NCBI GenBank assembly: GCA_965637545.1
Contig: OZ281498.1
Coordinates: forward strand, 2,046,001 to 2,110,000
Source of the DNA: Phallusia mammillata
Taxonomy: Eukaryota
Reading direction: 5' to 3'
Length of the DNA stretch: 64,000 nucleotides
Below are positions 48,401 through 62,285 of the stretch, piece after piece. The number at the start of each line of letters is the position of its first letter. Within the stretch, counting starts at the first letter, position 1. Made by a program: the position numbers and the translations under genes. Below the pieces are notes generated by a model that did no database searches, was not told the DNA's origin, and saw only the letters and a program-made list of their open reading frames with translations.

Positions 48401-51400
48401 CTAGGCGTTTTCTCTTTTAAACTATGTGTGCCGGGATATTTATCATGAAAAGTTATTAATAAATTAATATGTGCTATTCAAGGAAAATTCAAGGGTTTGA
48501 TGAGCAAAATTTTCCTGAAGTTTTTTTGGGCAACTTTTGCCGCAGGCAGTATGGACTTATCACCCCTAGTTTATCAGCATGGCATTCCATTAAAGATTGC
48601 TGTGCGGTTAGTGTTGCAGATAACTTTGTGCTAAAAGGGAATGGCGGTTGTCAACACTTTTTCGTCTATAACCGTTTCTAAACCTTTGTTTCATTTTAAT
48701 AAATTATTTGCAAATATCTTCCCTATTTTCCAGCGAATTACGGAAAATTATTCCAACACTGAAATTAGTACGGCGTTGGGTTTCCATTGTATTTTTGCTC
48801 ATGCTAATTTGTTTATTTTGTGATCAACACGAACGGTTTCTCTCCACATGATGATATTCTATGACGCAACAATAAGATCGAAAATACGGGGTTAGAATGT
48901 GTTTTGCATCGAAAGCTTTTAAAAAATTTACAGAAAATACCTACTAATAAGTTCCGCTTAAAGAATTACAACAAACAATCGATTTCGCAAACAAATATTT
49001 TACAAATTTGCACCAAGATATAACATAAGATATATTCTAAAGCAGAAAATCTATTTCACAATTTAATGTAAAACTCCACAAATATTTTCAAGTCAAAATT
49101 ATTTTATCAGTTAGGCTGAATTTTGGCTAAATTTAACTTCAAAATCAAATCACTTCCCTAAAAGCGAACAAGACTCGACAATCTTTGATTCTAAAATGAC
49201 AAGGGCGGATAAAAATCGGCGGTGATCGCTTTATCTGCCGAGCTCAACTGCAAATGGGCGGTGACAACAATTGCGCGTTCCAATATAAAGACAGACGCTA
49301 AGCGCAGCAAATTCTGCATCAAGGTATAGATCACTGATCGCAAAAAATGCCTAGGTGAATTATTTATCGAGCACAGGCGTGAAACGATGTCTCTTCTCTA
49401 ATGATGTTAACAACCTTCAAGCAAACCGATCGCCTTTTGCATGTCATCAGACGTAAACTCTTTTTTCTCATAAAATTGCAGTAAATATATCTCGGACAAA
49501 AATATTCGTGCGCGAAACTGCGAATCCAATTCACTTTTTTCTTCACGTCGAAATCGCAGCAAGAAAACAAGCGAGAGAAAAAAGAAAAAGGGCGCGTGTG
49601 AAACGAGAGAGTTTGTGAAGGTGAAATAATCCATACAGCACCTTTACGAGTGGTGGTAGAGCTTAGCGTTCCACACTGCGTTCCTTGCAAATGTTATTAT
49701 TGTAATACATTATTAAACGTTCGTGGGGCTTACGTCATGCCAGATGGAAAAGTGAGGCCTTAGTTAAGCCCGTACCTTACGCGTCAGCCGCATATTGCTA
49801 GACTCATCAAATAGTTATCCAATATCTCTTTTGTTTTTCTTTCGCCTAGTTTATCTTTCTCACTCGGCGGCAAGCTGTTCCGTGAAACCTACAGTGTCAA
49901 AAAGCGAAGGAAAATAATTTCCAGTTGGTGCGATTACAAACCGCTCCAGTTCTAACGTTGAGCAGCTATTTCCAGCTTTAACAAAAATGTCGTTCAACTG
50001 GTGTTAATGTTAAACAAAAATACTAGTTGTTTCTATCCATAACTTGTTTAACATTACACCAGTTGAACGACATTTTTGTTAAATATGCAACCTGGTGGAC
50101 GAAAACGCCTGTACAGCATTTTCTATTTCCAGCTTGGAAATTACATTTGTAAAACTGCGCCTAACAGTTTCTTTAAAACGCATGTACTCGATCTAAATTT
50201 GAACACACAGTACGAATTCTACATATCTTTAAACATTGCAGAAACATTAAAAATGTCGCCAAAAAGATGTAAATTTTGATGTAGATAAGGACAAGCACCA
50301 TTAATAGCGAAATTATGCTATTTTGATCAGAAAGCCTTAAACTACCAAAACAGTTTTTTGTCACCAAAGGGAATTTCTTTTACTTATTTAAATAGAATCT
50401 CAAGTATTACGCTTTCCAAATACTTCCTACTACTTACATTGTATGTAAATATAACCAATTTGTTAACAGGACTTTAGGAGAAACGCTCGCTTAAGAGCTT
50501 AGAATTTAATTGCCATTTATCGCTAAAAAAGTCTTGTGAAAAAAGAACTTTTTTTACGAAACATTTGCAACTTTGATTAAACTGACTAATTCTTGTAGCG
50601 AAAGCAAGTTACTTTTGAAAAACAAATTCGCGTTTCTAAATTTGACGCAAATTTTAGAAAAAGGGGCCACGGTCGCAATTAAGAGACACGATTGATTTTC
50701 AAAGCAAAGATAAAAGTAAACGATTGATTTGTGCCCAACAATTATCACCACAAAATGTAATACTATTTTATTTGTCTATATTTCAAAAAATTACATGTAC
50801 ATATCGTGTACAAATATTTTTATTGTTGAGTCCGCTGTCATTTATCTTAAACCAAACGTAGTTAGTGGTGGCATAAAATTGCGCTCAAAATAAAAATTTC
50901 GGTTTATAAAACAATGAAAAAGATCAAGCCACCAAAACACGAATGCGCAGGGCAATTTTTTCGATTGCAAACAGCTGTTTACGTCGTCGAGGACGTACAA
51001 TTACAAGCACTTGACCGTTAACTCAACTACAATCACAAATTAAACCTAAATCCGGGAATTTTGAGGCAAAATTCAACTCAACGCGTCACAACATGTAAGC
51101 GAAGAGCCCTGGAGCGGTTTAAACATACCAAGTGTAAAAGTATTTTCATGTTAATATACAACAAGGCGGTTGCAGAAGCGATTTCGGGTCAAGGCTAACG
51201 AAAACATTTGGAAGTTACGTCATCGAATCAATTACCCCGTGGATTAACGTCGTTAGTGGAAAGTTCCAATCGAAGGTTTTAGAATGACTTATTTATCAAC
51301 CCGATTGATTTGGTGACGTAACTATATGCTTTGTTCGTAATAAAACAGACAGCAGTATGGCTTTGTAAAAATTAGTAACTTACAATTCAATGATTTTTTT

Positions 51401-52736
51401 AGATTTTTCTAGCCTACGCCTTGCCATATGATAATGCTTGGTGACCGGCTGATTCGGTATAGCGCCTTCAAAGTGATTTATATATGAGTGTGCCACGATC
51501 GCTGGTCTAAATAAACGCTTCAGGGCTGATCCCAGTTGTGCATTTATGTTTATTATAACAAGTATTCATTGATTGCATCATATTTATATTGTAAAACAAC
51601 ACGTTTGTTTGTAGATTTGCGATTCCTGGTTAATGGTAGCAGAATGCAGCGCTGATCGACATAAAGAAAACGTATTGTACAAATAATTAATTTATTCTAG
51701 GACAGGGATATTTGGGTGTAATAAAATTCTTTTGAGGAGATTTGCAGGTATTTTATTCAGTGTTTGGAGTTTGCACGTTGGCTAACCCAGAATTGCATCA
51801 TACAAATCAATACGTGAATGGCGATATACGTAGATAAAACTGTAAAAACATTACAGAAAAAACTGCACCATTACGTAAAACTTCATGAAACAACCAAATA
51901 TTAATAGTAACCAATTTTGCTGGGCGGAAACCGATAATAGTTATTGAATCTGGCAAATTGACGATGTTGCGTTTTCGATTGGAATTTACGGTGATTTTTC
52001 TTGCACGATTTTTCGCGGAACTTGGTCACGATTATGTTTTCGAAATGTTGGCGGCGCAATTATTGTACGGAAAGTACCAAATTCGTCGGTTAAACCGTAT
52101 ACTGTGTCGTTTCAATATTAAGACGGCAATATTTTAGCTTTTTGTTTGTCACAATTGCCTTTTTTGCCACTTTTTCTGTTTCGTTCTTTTTCACACAAAA
52201 TAATAATTATTACCGTCATATACTTTTTGCGTTGCTAGTTTAACCGATTTGGTCCATTTAACGAATTAAGTTGTATCATAATTAGGCAGAAAAACTGCAT
52301 TACATGTCGTTAGCTACAATCAATTCCGAAATTTTTTTAGTGAAACTAATTTAGGTTGTATCTCAAAAATTGGGTTGATCTAAACTGATGTTTTGGAAGC
52401 GAATCTCCAAAAAACATTAGGTTAGTTTAGAAAAATATTTAAATCGCAGTGTAAAAATCAATGCAAACTTCTTGACAATGATAACTGCATCAAAAAATTG
52501 CAATTTCGGAGGGTGGCTCCAATGAGGTAGGTACACATTTTAAACTTGTGAATCATTTTTATCACAAGACCTCATGTTCTGCTGAGCAATTTTACCAGAC
52601 ACAATAAAACCTCAGGACAGTTTGCTGTTTTATGGAACGTATTCAAGTTATTAATGCTCAGTCTTTATAAATAAGCTGTTGCTGCCAGGCATAATGTATT
52701 TGCAATTATTGCTCGCCCAGTAGATTTTTATTGTAA

Positions 52737-52782
52737 ATTAACCGACGTTTCGACGTTCCATAGGATTATTTTACAGTCAAAA
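52737..52782 (-). mobile_element. Degenerate copy of the 42855 hammerhead/pLTR motif
   Basis: Shares ACGTCGAAACGTCGG; the CUGAUGA core is decayed to CTGTAAA. Confidence 0.5.
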
Positions 52783-55700
52783 CATGCTTAAAGAATAGTA
52801 ACCCAGTCTATATGAAGGTTAATAAACACTGGCGGTGCTAAAGTATTGATTTGGCGGAAAACCGGTTGATTATTTATTTACACTAATATGGGAGAGGTCA
52901 TAAAATAATTTAATTTGACAAGGTGCCGTCTATCACACATTAGCACGACACTGTTAAAAATTAACTCGTTAACAAAGACGTTTACGACCCGTATTTGCGC
53001 TACTGACTCAAGACGCATAAAAGCATGTTTGAAACAGTGTTGGTGAGCAAAACTAAACTGAATATCAACTCTTAAAAACACAATCTCGACCAATTTTTTT
53101 AGTGAACGTAAAATTGAACTCTTTCTAATCGCAATAAAAACCAAGACATAAAATGTCAATAGTACAATAACACGCATATTTAACATATTTAACCAAACAA
53201 AATAAAGTCCCTTACATTATTTTATTTTCGATTCCTACACACAAAATACTGTTACATCTCCCACAAAAATAAAATAAACAAACAAAGCAGTATTATCATT
53301 ATTTTTGTATCATTGTAACAGCCAATATCCTTTGGTAGTAGCCCACATCTTAATAAAATATACGGAAAATACATTTATCGACAAGTCCACATGAGTTTAA
53401 AACAGTGCAATTGCGCCGCAACCGTTTAAGTAGCACAAAATGAACACAGAGTCGAATATATTGAAACATGTTCTATATATTGATTAGTTTTCCACGACCG
53501 GCGGCGATTGGCCAGAAACTCCCTGCAACTTTTAAGACAAACTGTCATATTTCGGTTGGAACGTCACTTTAAAGCCAAAAATAATCGTGGACAGAAAAGA
53601 GAGTATTTGAACTGAACAGTGACAGAAAAGTAACGTTTTGTGGTACTTCTAATAAGAAACAATTGAAGTTGCTTTACATAAATGTTGTTGTCTTAAGTAT
53701 ACAACAGTCAAACAGGTTTTGGCCCAGAAAGTCTGTGTTTAGAACTAAAACTAATGTTTCCTGTTTTATCAAAAAACAATATTGTCATCTGACTAGAACA
53801 TTGTCCACAAATCCCTGCCTGGCAATGTCGCCTAAAGTTTATCTAGCAAACCTTTCTTTTTTGTCTGCTTTTATTCTTTAGTTCCTCTTCGGGTTAAATA
53901 GTTTCTGTTTACGTTGGCGTGTAGCAGATACGCTGCTAGATAGATTCGTTGTTTCTCAACTAAGTGCCGTTTTCTGACCAATTTCCTAAACCACACGCGT
54001 TATCAAGTTGTTCTGTTTGTTTGTGAAAAGCTAGCGCAACTTAAAAAGTTACACTATTGAACACATTTTAACTAAATTACGTAAAGCCGAATCGATAGCT
54101 GTCCACAAAGCATCGTAACAACATAACGCCGGTTCAAATATTCGATTGCTGCACTCATCTTTCAAGCAAACAAAAGCGAAGTAACTACCAGACATACCTC
54201 AGATCAGCCAACGCTATCGTTCGTAGCATATCAACGCAATTATTTCACAAACACGAAATCCCAACAGGTTTATAAAGCAAAGTACAAAGAATCAATACAC
54301 AGGGACAGACAATAGCTTGTATGGGTTTAAATAGCTTGCCACAACTAAATCTTATTCATTGTCGCTTGACAAAGCGTTTAAATGACCTTTGGCGACACCA
54401 CAGCCTTTGCCTCCGTAACGACTTGCGTTTTACAATAGCAGTTCGGATACGAAAACAGGCGTAAGTCACTAAGTAAAGCACGACATGGCATGCCCCGTAA
54501 GCTTCTTTGATATCGAATAGCACAAGTTATTGAATATATGGCTTTAACATGGGAATTAAACAATAGCCTGGAAGCAATATGAGTGCATGGAACTTGATAC
54601 GAGACGAAAGAACGTGTATAGTTAACACAGAACATAATATACGCTTGATTCTTCCAAAGATGTTCGGGTATTGCCACAAAGTGTTGTTGTTGCAATAACG
54701 TCTACTGTTACACGTCAATAGCAATTATTATGTCCTGAATTGATTGTCAGGGATATTACTTTTCCTGTCATAATCTGGTATACTATGCTGACAATGGTTG
54801 TTTGTGACACAACAAAATACGGACAACTGGTTCCTAGTATGCTTGTTAGTTGACTTATTTCCAATTGTTTTACAAATCCAAATATTTCCACAGAAAATTA
54901 ATTAACAAAAGTTAAAATCAAAGTAATATGTTTCAAACAATGTTTATGATTTTTAGAAAATCCACATTTAAAAATGTACTATAAGCATAAAGTACTATAA
55001 TAAATATTTGATTTAGTACAAATATGATCAAATATTTGAATTTTGCAATCAGTTTTATTCACACAATTTAATGAAATACCAGCAATTTTTGGTAAATTCC
55101 TTCAAACTGATAATGAAAAGAGACCTAAACAGCTGCAAAACTATTAAATATAGTTAAATAGTGAATACAATGCCATAAGAATACATCAGTTTGCTGGAAT
55201 ACAGCTTAGACAAGTTACAATTTTATTATCATAACCAAATTTCAACAAACAGTTTGTCATAAAGGATTGAAAGTATTTTTTTTAAACTAACAACTTGAGA
55301 TTTTGCAAAATAATTTTGGCTTTACTTTAGTGGTTTAACAGTTGATTTAGAATTTTGCTGTAAATGCAAAAATGTACAGACCTAAACAATTATATTGAAT
55401 TTTGACAAACAAAAAACATCATTTGTGTATTAGGCATGTTTTATAGGAGCAAAAATCTAATGAGTGCAATTTTCGAAAAGCTTTAACCAAAATAAGAAAT
55501 TTATTTCAATGCAAATACCTCGCCTCAAAACAGAACAATATATGTATGTACACAATAAGTGCACATTAAAAGGGTAGTAAAAAATGCAATCCACAAATGT
55601 AAGGTCTAATTTGAAGCAAGTCTTGCATTTTAACAAACCAATGCACAACAATGACCTCAGCAAAGTATCTAAAATAAACAGACACGCCATTCGGCTGCAA

Positions 55701-56058
55701 ACATTTACACTTTATCTGACAATGTGATGCAATTTACTCAGTCTGTTTTGCTTTACGACTTTACTCATGCATGCTAGTGTTGTCACGAGCCCAAAACAAA
55801 AACAAAACTCAGATCCCATGAGACCTACGCGCATTTATTGCCGCTCAGATTCAATTTTTTTGAAACAACCAAATTTGAACCTTACTTCTTACTTTTTAAA
55901 CGAATTGTTTCAGGCCAAATTGTACAAATAATTATACTTTAACAAAATCTGTGCATAGATCTTGGCGTAACTTTCTACTGCGCGATAATCATGTTTAGAA
56001 TTATTTTGCATACGGTAAACACTACTAAATGTCATCGCAAAGTCTAAAAAGACATAAC

Positions 56059-56237
56059 CAATGGTGGAATTAGATTTTCGTCAGCCGGTTCTATCACAAA
56101 CTCATATTCTTCAGCCGGTTCTGTTACAAAAAGTCCCTTGACAGTAACCAGTAATGTTAACCGGTTCGCTGATCTCATAAAGTTTTCCTGAAACGGTTCC
56201 ATACAACCGGTGCGAACCGGTGACGCTAAACACCACG
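56059..56237. mobile_element. Inverted copy of the 22205-22383 MITE family, just upstream of CSNK2B
   Basis: Reverse complement matches CCGGTTCGCACCGG..., AGATCAGCGAACCGGTT and GTAACAGAACCGGCTGA. Confidence 0.85.
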
Positions 56238-56439
56238 TTTTTCTCTTTGCATTAATTTTTTAACAAAAACATTTAATTGAATATCGTTGCTTTCACTAAA
56301 AACATCTGAACCCATTTGTTTTGTTTCACAATTTTTTTAACAACATTATTTATGATTATGCTTGAGTTGTTATGGAATCGAGAAGAGAACGCCCCAACAT
56401 TTTTCCTAATCCAGGTCACCAGGTTCGTGACCGGAACGG

Positions 56440-56481
56440 GTTGGTGGCAACGATTTCCAATCTCTTTGTGGGCGGTTGAAG
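56440..56481 (+). other. Probable non-coding first exon of CSNK2B
   Basis: GC-richer promoter-like patch ending in TTGAAG|GTAAAA at 56481/56482; a matching acceptor GGTTTTAG lies just before the ATG exon (57450). The 5' edge is a guess. Confidence 0.4.
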
Positions 56482-57461
56482 GTAAAAATTCCGATTTATT
56501 GGTTTTATTTGTAAAATAGACCCTAATATAAGTCTTAATCGTAAAGCTGTAAAACGAATTACGCAAGGTTATCCTGAACGTTTTATTCTTAAAAATAATC
56601 CACCGGTAATTTACCCATTTATCACGTTTTTGTTATTTTTTCTTGCCATAAACGTAGGCCCTAAAATCGTTTATTTGTTTTTAATTTCATCGTGGATTTT
56701 TCTGTTTGTTGAGGTAATTATTGTAACGACTAACTTATGTACTTGCATAACTGATAAAACGTTTACTAATGTTGTCTATTTTTTTGTCTTAACCTTTAGT
56801 TTTTAAGTGTTCAAATTGTAAAATTTGATTGTTGTTTTAAATTAACAGTGCTGCTCAAATCAAATTAATTCTTCGTTTTCTACATAAGATTAAGTTTTCA
56901 TTTTTGATGTTTATATTTGCATGTAAAACATGTTTTTAAATAATAAACCATAAGTAGCTTATGCATTGTGTCGTTTATATATTTGCCAATATACTACTAG
57001 TTCGTACTACTACAGACAAATTTAATTTTTGTGAAATGCAGTATGTGATAAATTTAAAGAAAAAGGTTTATGTATTAAACTGTTCTATGAGTTATTTAAG
57101 TGATGCTCTCTGCTTATTTGTTTTGAGGATTTTACTTTAAATTATTAGCTACACACAACTTGTGGTCAAAATAAATGGGAACCTTATGATAGATTTATTT
57201 CAAAAACTGCAGATACATATGTTGTACACTAAAGTCTACCCAAATACCCGACACTTTCTAGTGTGATCCGATCTGTGTTTGAAGTATTTTGTGTTGAGGC
57301 ACTGTGATTTCCTTTTGTTCGTCTTTTCTTTGAGTTTTATATTTTTTTCAGACTACTCTCTTAAAACTAATTCTGTAAATAATGCTAATTTAACAAAAAA
57401 CAAAACAAGCAAAACCTGAAACAGACTTCGTGATTAGTGGTGGGTTTTAGTTTGGGAAGTC

Positions 57462-60259
57462 ATGAGTTCGTCCGAGGAAGTGTCATGGATCTCTTGGTTT
57501 TGTGGGCTACGAGGGAATGAGTTCTTTTGCGAAGTAGATGAAGATTATATACAGGATAAATTTAATCTAACAGGTCTGGGTGAACAAGTACCGCATTACA
57601 GGTAAATTTGTTAATGTTGTTTCTTGATGCACTTCACGATAAGCGATGAAATATTGTCATAAAGTATATTCACTGATCTGTAGTATATTTTTTGTGTGTG
57701 TATGTGCTAAAGTGACTTATATATTAAGCCTTAAAACTTCTAAATGAATGGTAAAATGGCTGCATTTATTTATGCAAAAAGTCCAATCAGTTTGTGTTGA
57801 ATGGAGTTTACAACAAATTTAGCTTGTTTGTGAATTTTTGCTGTCAAAATTTTTACCTTACATTTTTCAAAAACAAGTATTTGTTTGTTTTATTTCGACT
57901 AACATTCCTAAAGGAACAAACAAACAACAGAATATTGTGTCACAGAAAAACAATTGTAAATGTCACAATAAAAATCTTGTTTTTTTTGTATTTCAGCAAA
58001 ACTATTTATTACTTTTATATTTCATATTTATAATTCATCAAAACTAAGTAGTGTTTTTTTGCCATTGGTTTGTTTTGATGCAACGGATAAATAACTTAAG
58101 CAATGGCCAAGATCTATGAAGCAATAAGGAAACCCTTCAATTGACAACCAGTAATTCAATTGTATGTAAATATGCCATCATGTCATGTGTTGTATGTTTT
58201 GTTAGCTGTGCATTTTTTGTCTTTTTTTCACACCACATATTAAGAGCTTGGGTTAGCCAAAACCTCACATACATTTTAAAACACTACAACCAAAAGCGCG
58301 GAGTTTTTAGCAAATCAGTGTTCAATCTACATGTAATAAACTTTTAGCATGTTCATACTTATTTGGTAACCATGTGTTTCGGGAAAGCAAAGTCATACTG
58401 TATTCACATTTATTTGGTGTTGATACAGTAGAGTGGGGCTACATATAATGTAAAAATATGCAAGTTTTTTACCCACCATGATTTTAAATAATTACATAAA
58501 ATTCATGTATCTGTTTTAATTGTTTCATCCAGACAAGCACTTGACATGATACTGGACTTAGAACCTGATGATGACATTGAAGATAATACAAATCAGTCAG
58601 ACTTAATTGAACAAGCTGCTGAGATGTTGTATGGATTAATCCATGCTAGATATTGTCTCACAAACAGAGGAATTGCTCAAATGGTACTTGGCAACAGGTT
58701 TCTGTTTGCTCAACGTTGATCTGTATGAAATTTAAATCAAAACCAATTAAATTATGAAAGTGGTAATCCTGTAAGGTGAACTTATTTGGTATATTATGCT
58801 TTAAACAGGACACTAATGTAGATAAACTGTAGCAGCCAAGCACAGCGTATTAACAAATTTGTACCTCTTCCAGCAATGTTTTACGTGTGTTTCAATGGCC
58901 TTGTTGCTTAATAACAACTTTGTGTCTTCAATTTATGTCATTACCCTGATGAAGGTATCTCATATGGGACATCAATGGCATATTATAATAAAAACTGCTG
59001 GAAGAGCTACAAATTTGTTAATAGGACACTAACATAATTTAATACTAAAGGCACCTTTTTGGAAGTCAAGTCCAGGAACTGTTATCATTAGTCAATCTTA
59101 TTTGTCACTGTGCTGAAATCTGATGTAAATAGGTTTATGTGCACAGTGCCTGGCCCTGGGGCATATCAATGAAATCACTTCCATCTAATAATCACATTCA
59201 CATCATAACATGATGCATATGTAACTTGCTTTTTTCACAGCTTGAAAAATACCAGCAGGGTGAATTTGGGCATTGTTCACGAGTTTATTGCGAAAATCAG
59301 CCAATGCTGCCGATAGGTGAGTTTATAAACTTAAGTTTTACCCAGTTCACTGTTGTATTAAAATGCCTAGTACTGTGCATGCATGTAGTTCTGTTTTTTG
59401 TATATCTCTTAAAAAAAAATTGAGTCACTTCTTTAACTTATTCATGTTGAATTCTAATACACATAACTTACAGTTAGAAAGTTTTTACCCTATTTGATCC
59501 CTAAATAGCCAAATTCGATTTGCTTTAAGGGCATATCTTCCCAGAGGTAATTGAAACAAGAATTTGTGTCACAAACAGAACAAGTAACATAAGCATAGTA
59601 AACTTTGAAATTTACCTACAAATTTTCAAATACTTTCAGGGCTCTCAGATGTCCCTGGTGAAGCAATGGTGAAATTATATTGCCCCAAGTGTCAGGACGT
59701 CTACACACCAAAGTCGTCACGACATCATCATACTGATGGAGCCTATTTTGGCACCGGCTTTCCGCATATGCTCTTTATGGTGCATCCAGAATATCGGCCA
59801 AAGAAACCAACCAACCAGTTTGTACCACGGTAAGCATTACCATGGTTACAACAAAATATATCCTCAAAATTTGTTTTCCAAAAAATAACCATTATTGCTG
59901 CCAAGCCATCTTAAGGCATGTTTGTATGTTAAAAATGTCTAGTATCCAGCCGGTTCGCACCGGTCCTATAGAACCGTCTCACAACATTTTATGAGATCAG
60001 CAAACCGGTTAGCATTACTGGTTACTGTATATGACTTTTTGTAACAGAACCGGCTCGAAAAATATGACTTTTGTGATAGAACCGCTTGACAAAAAAATCC
60101 CACCACTGCTTACATGGTGCTGTTTTACTGTGGTAATGAATAATAATTTGTGTTTCAATATTTTTCAGCCTGTTTGGGTTCAAAATCCACCCGATGGCAT
60201 ACCAGCTCCAGTACCAGGCTTCACAGAAAATGAAAAACCCATCTAAGCTCCGCCACTGA
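57462..60259 (+). CDS. CSNK2B: Casein kinase II regulatory subunit beta, 215 aa, 5 coding exons
   Basis: Exons 57462-57601, 58533-58683, 59241-59316, 59640-59829, 60169-60259 (648 nt). Reads [39 protein letters not shown]..., with zinc-ribbon cysteines in [10 protein letters not shown] and YCPKCQD, and [17 protein letters not shown]. Confidence 0.98.
59944..60108. mobile_element. Copy of the 22205-22383 MITE family in the last CSNK2B intron
   Basis: CAGCCGGTTCGCACCGG...AATATGACTTTTGTGATAG...AATCCCACCACTG. Confidence 0.88.
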
Positions 60260-60629
60260 ACGAGCATGTCATGTGATATATTTCCGTAACCTATTTCTTA
60301 TTGTGTACTGATGAGCATTGATGACGACTACAGCCTGTTTTTGCTTTCGGATTTTTCACTCATTTTTTTACGGTGCTTCGGTATGGAGCAAGGACAATTT
60401 TGGCGCACCCCGGTGGCAGGGAAAGTGCAACAAAGGTTGCTTGTTCGAGCCTTGTTCCACTTGCGCACAATATCACAGTAGATATTGTTCTCACACAATT
60501 GAATAAACTATATCTACATGTGTAGAGGTGGAACCTATATTTACAAGCAACAGAAAGACTTTACAAGTAGCAGCAACTTGTGGAAAGGAAAAATTTTGAG
60601 ATGCAAGCAGGTTTTCAGTTGGCCTCAGA

Positions 60630-61070
60630 AGTTACTTAGCCTAATAAAGATTTGAAAACAACTAATTTGGCAGCATAATCTAATCAAAATCTACATTGCA
60701 CTAAGCAACTGAAGTTGTTTAAACATCTACTTAGTAGAAATTAATTTGCATTTCATAAATTTTATTTTAACTGGTGGATAAACCAAACTACAAAGTTGGG
60801 TAGAGCTTTTTTTGGTGATAGTGGGTTCTATAAGTGTTTAGGTGGACATTAGTTGGCCTATTAAAGATTTAAAAACACTATATTTAGCGGCAGAGCCTAA
60901 TTAAAAACAAATTTGCACTGAACTGCAATTGTTTATACATCTAGGTAGTAAATACTATTTTGTGATTCACATTTCATAAATTTTGAGTTACTAGTTTGGA
61001 TGAACAAGACCAAACTTGGGTTAAGCTAATTTCACCGATGGTGGGTTCAACTAAATTGTTTGAATTCATC
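60630..61070. repeat. Old tandem duplication, period about 220 bp
   Basis: Paired anchors GCCTA.TAAAGATTT.AAAACA, TTGCACT, TTGTTTA.ACATCTA, CATTTCATAAATTTT, TTGGGT and GTGGGTTC recur about 220 bp apart. Confidence 0.75.
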
Positions 61071-62285
61071 ACAAGTTATTTGGCTTAGTAGAGTTTATTT
61101 TTGTGGTTAGATTTCCACCAATAAACACAATGTAGGAAGAAATGGTAAAAAAAGAAAACTGTTTTCTTCAATAGAAGTACAATGAACAGTTGTCAGATAT
61201 TTGGTGAAAAGGAAAAACCAATGAAAAACACCAGGAAAAATTTAAATTGTGACGTGACTTACACTAATAGTGAAGTGAAATATTCAATGAAATAACACTT
61301 ACATTGGGAAGAAAAGTGCCTTAAATAGGAAATGTTGTCTAAAAGGGAATTCAATCAAATTAAGAAAATCACAAATACATAAACATCTTAAATGACAATA
61401 AATAAACTGATGCGAAAAAAAAGTAAAATAATGTTGTATGTACTTGGCATATAAACTATGTACTGCACAAATTTGTGGGTTTTATTGAACTCATTAACCA
61501 GTAAAATAATTATTAACAAGTTTTCAGGGAATTATTCAGTTTAGGCTCAGTAACAATTACTATACTGCATAGAAATTACCTTTTCGCAATATTTAACATA
61601 TAAAGTGCATTTGAATCAAATCGCAAGCACAAAATTTTAAAACTTGACCCCAGTTTTGTCCTTGTTTGGCAAATCTATTTTCAAATGAATTAATCTACAC
61701 CAGCACTGGCCATTTGCACCACAACACTTCATTAACAGAATGAATGACAGACATATATTCCCCACATCTGAAAGTGCATTTTTGGTCAAATGGTTTGCAA
61801 AAATATTCTTTAAATAAAATTAAAAGACCAAAGATAGCAAGTTTCCTAATAAATTTTATTTTTTTAGTATTTATTGGTAAATTGCACAAAGCAATTTTGT
61901 TTTGCATTTTTTTACCAATCAAAATGTGAACTAAAAAACTTTCTTCAAACAAGACGCTATTAACTACACATTCAAAAATAAATTGATTAGAATTGCACAT
62001 TCTAGTTATTTAAGTAACTGTTCTCGATATTTAGCACTGTATGTTGTCCAATTCAGGTTATCAAACTGCAACTCTAGGTTTTGGGATGTAGAATGTTTAG
62101 CAGTTAGAAATGTCAAACAACTATAATACAAACTATTGAATATTAAAATGTTGAATGTATGACAACTTTTCTAGCAGATACCCCTTCGTTATAAATAATA
62201 AAAAATCACAATGAATTTTTTACACCTGACAATTATGTTGTTTATGTGATACAGTAACTAAAAGCAAACTCTTGAATTGGAATTA

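Noticed and set aside
47294-54724. ORFs 47294-47635, 49364-49690, 52878-53186 and 54378-54695
   Set aside because: No recognisable motifs and no phase-consistent exon chains; lengths are compatible with chance.
58875-58975. Hammerhead-like CCTGATGAAGG...CATATGGGAC in CSNK2B intron 2
   Set aside because: The GAAA core is absent; at most a decayed Penelope relic.
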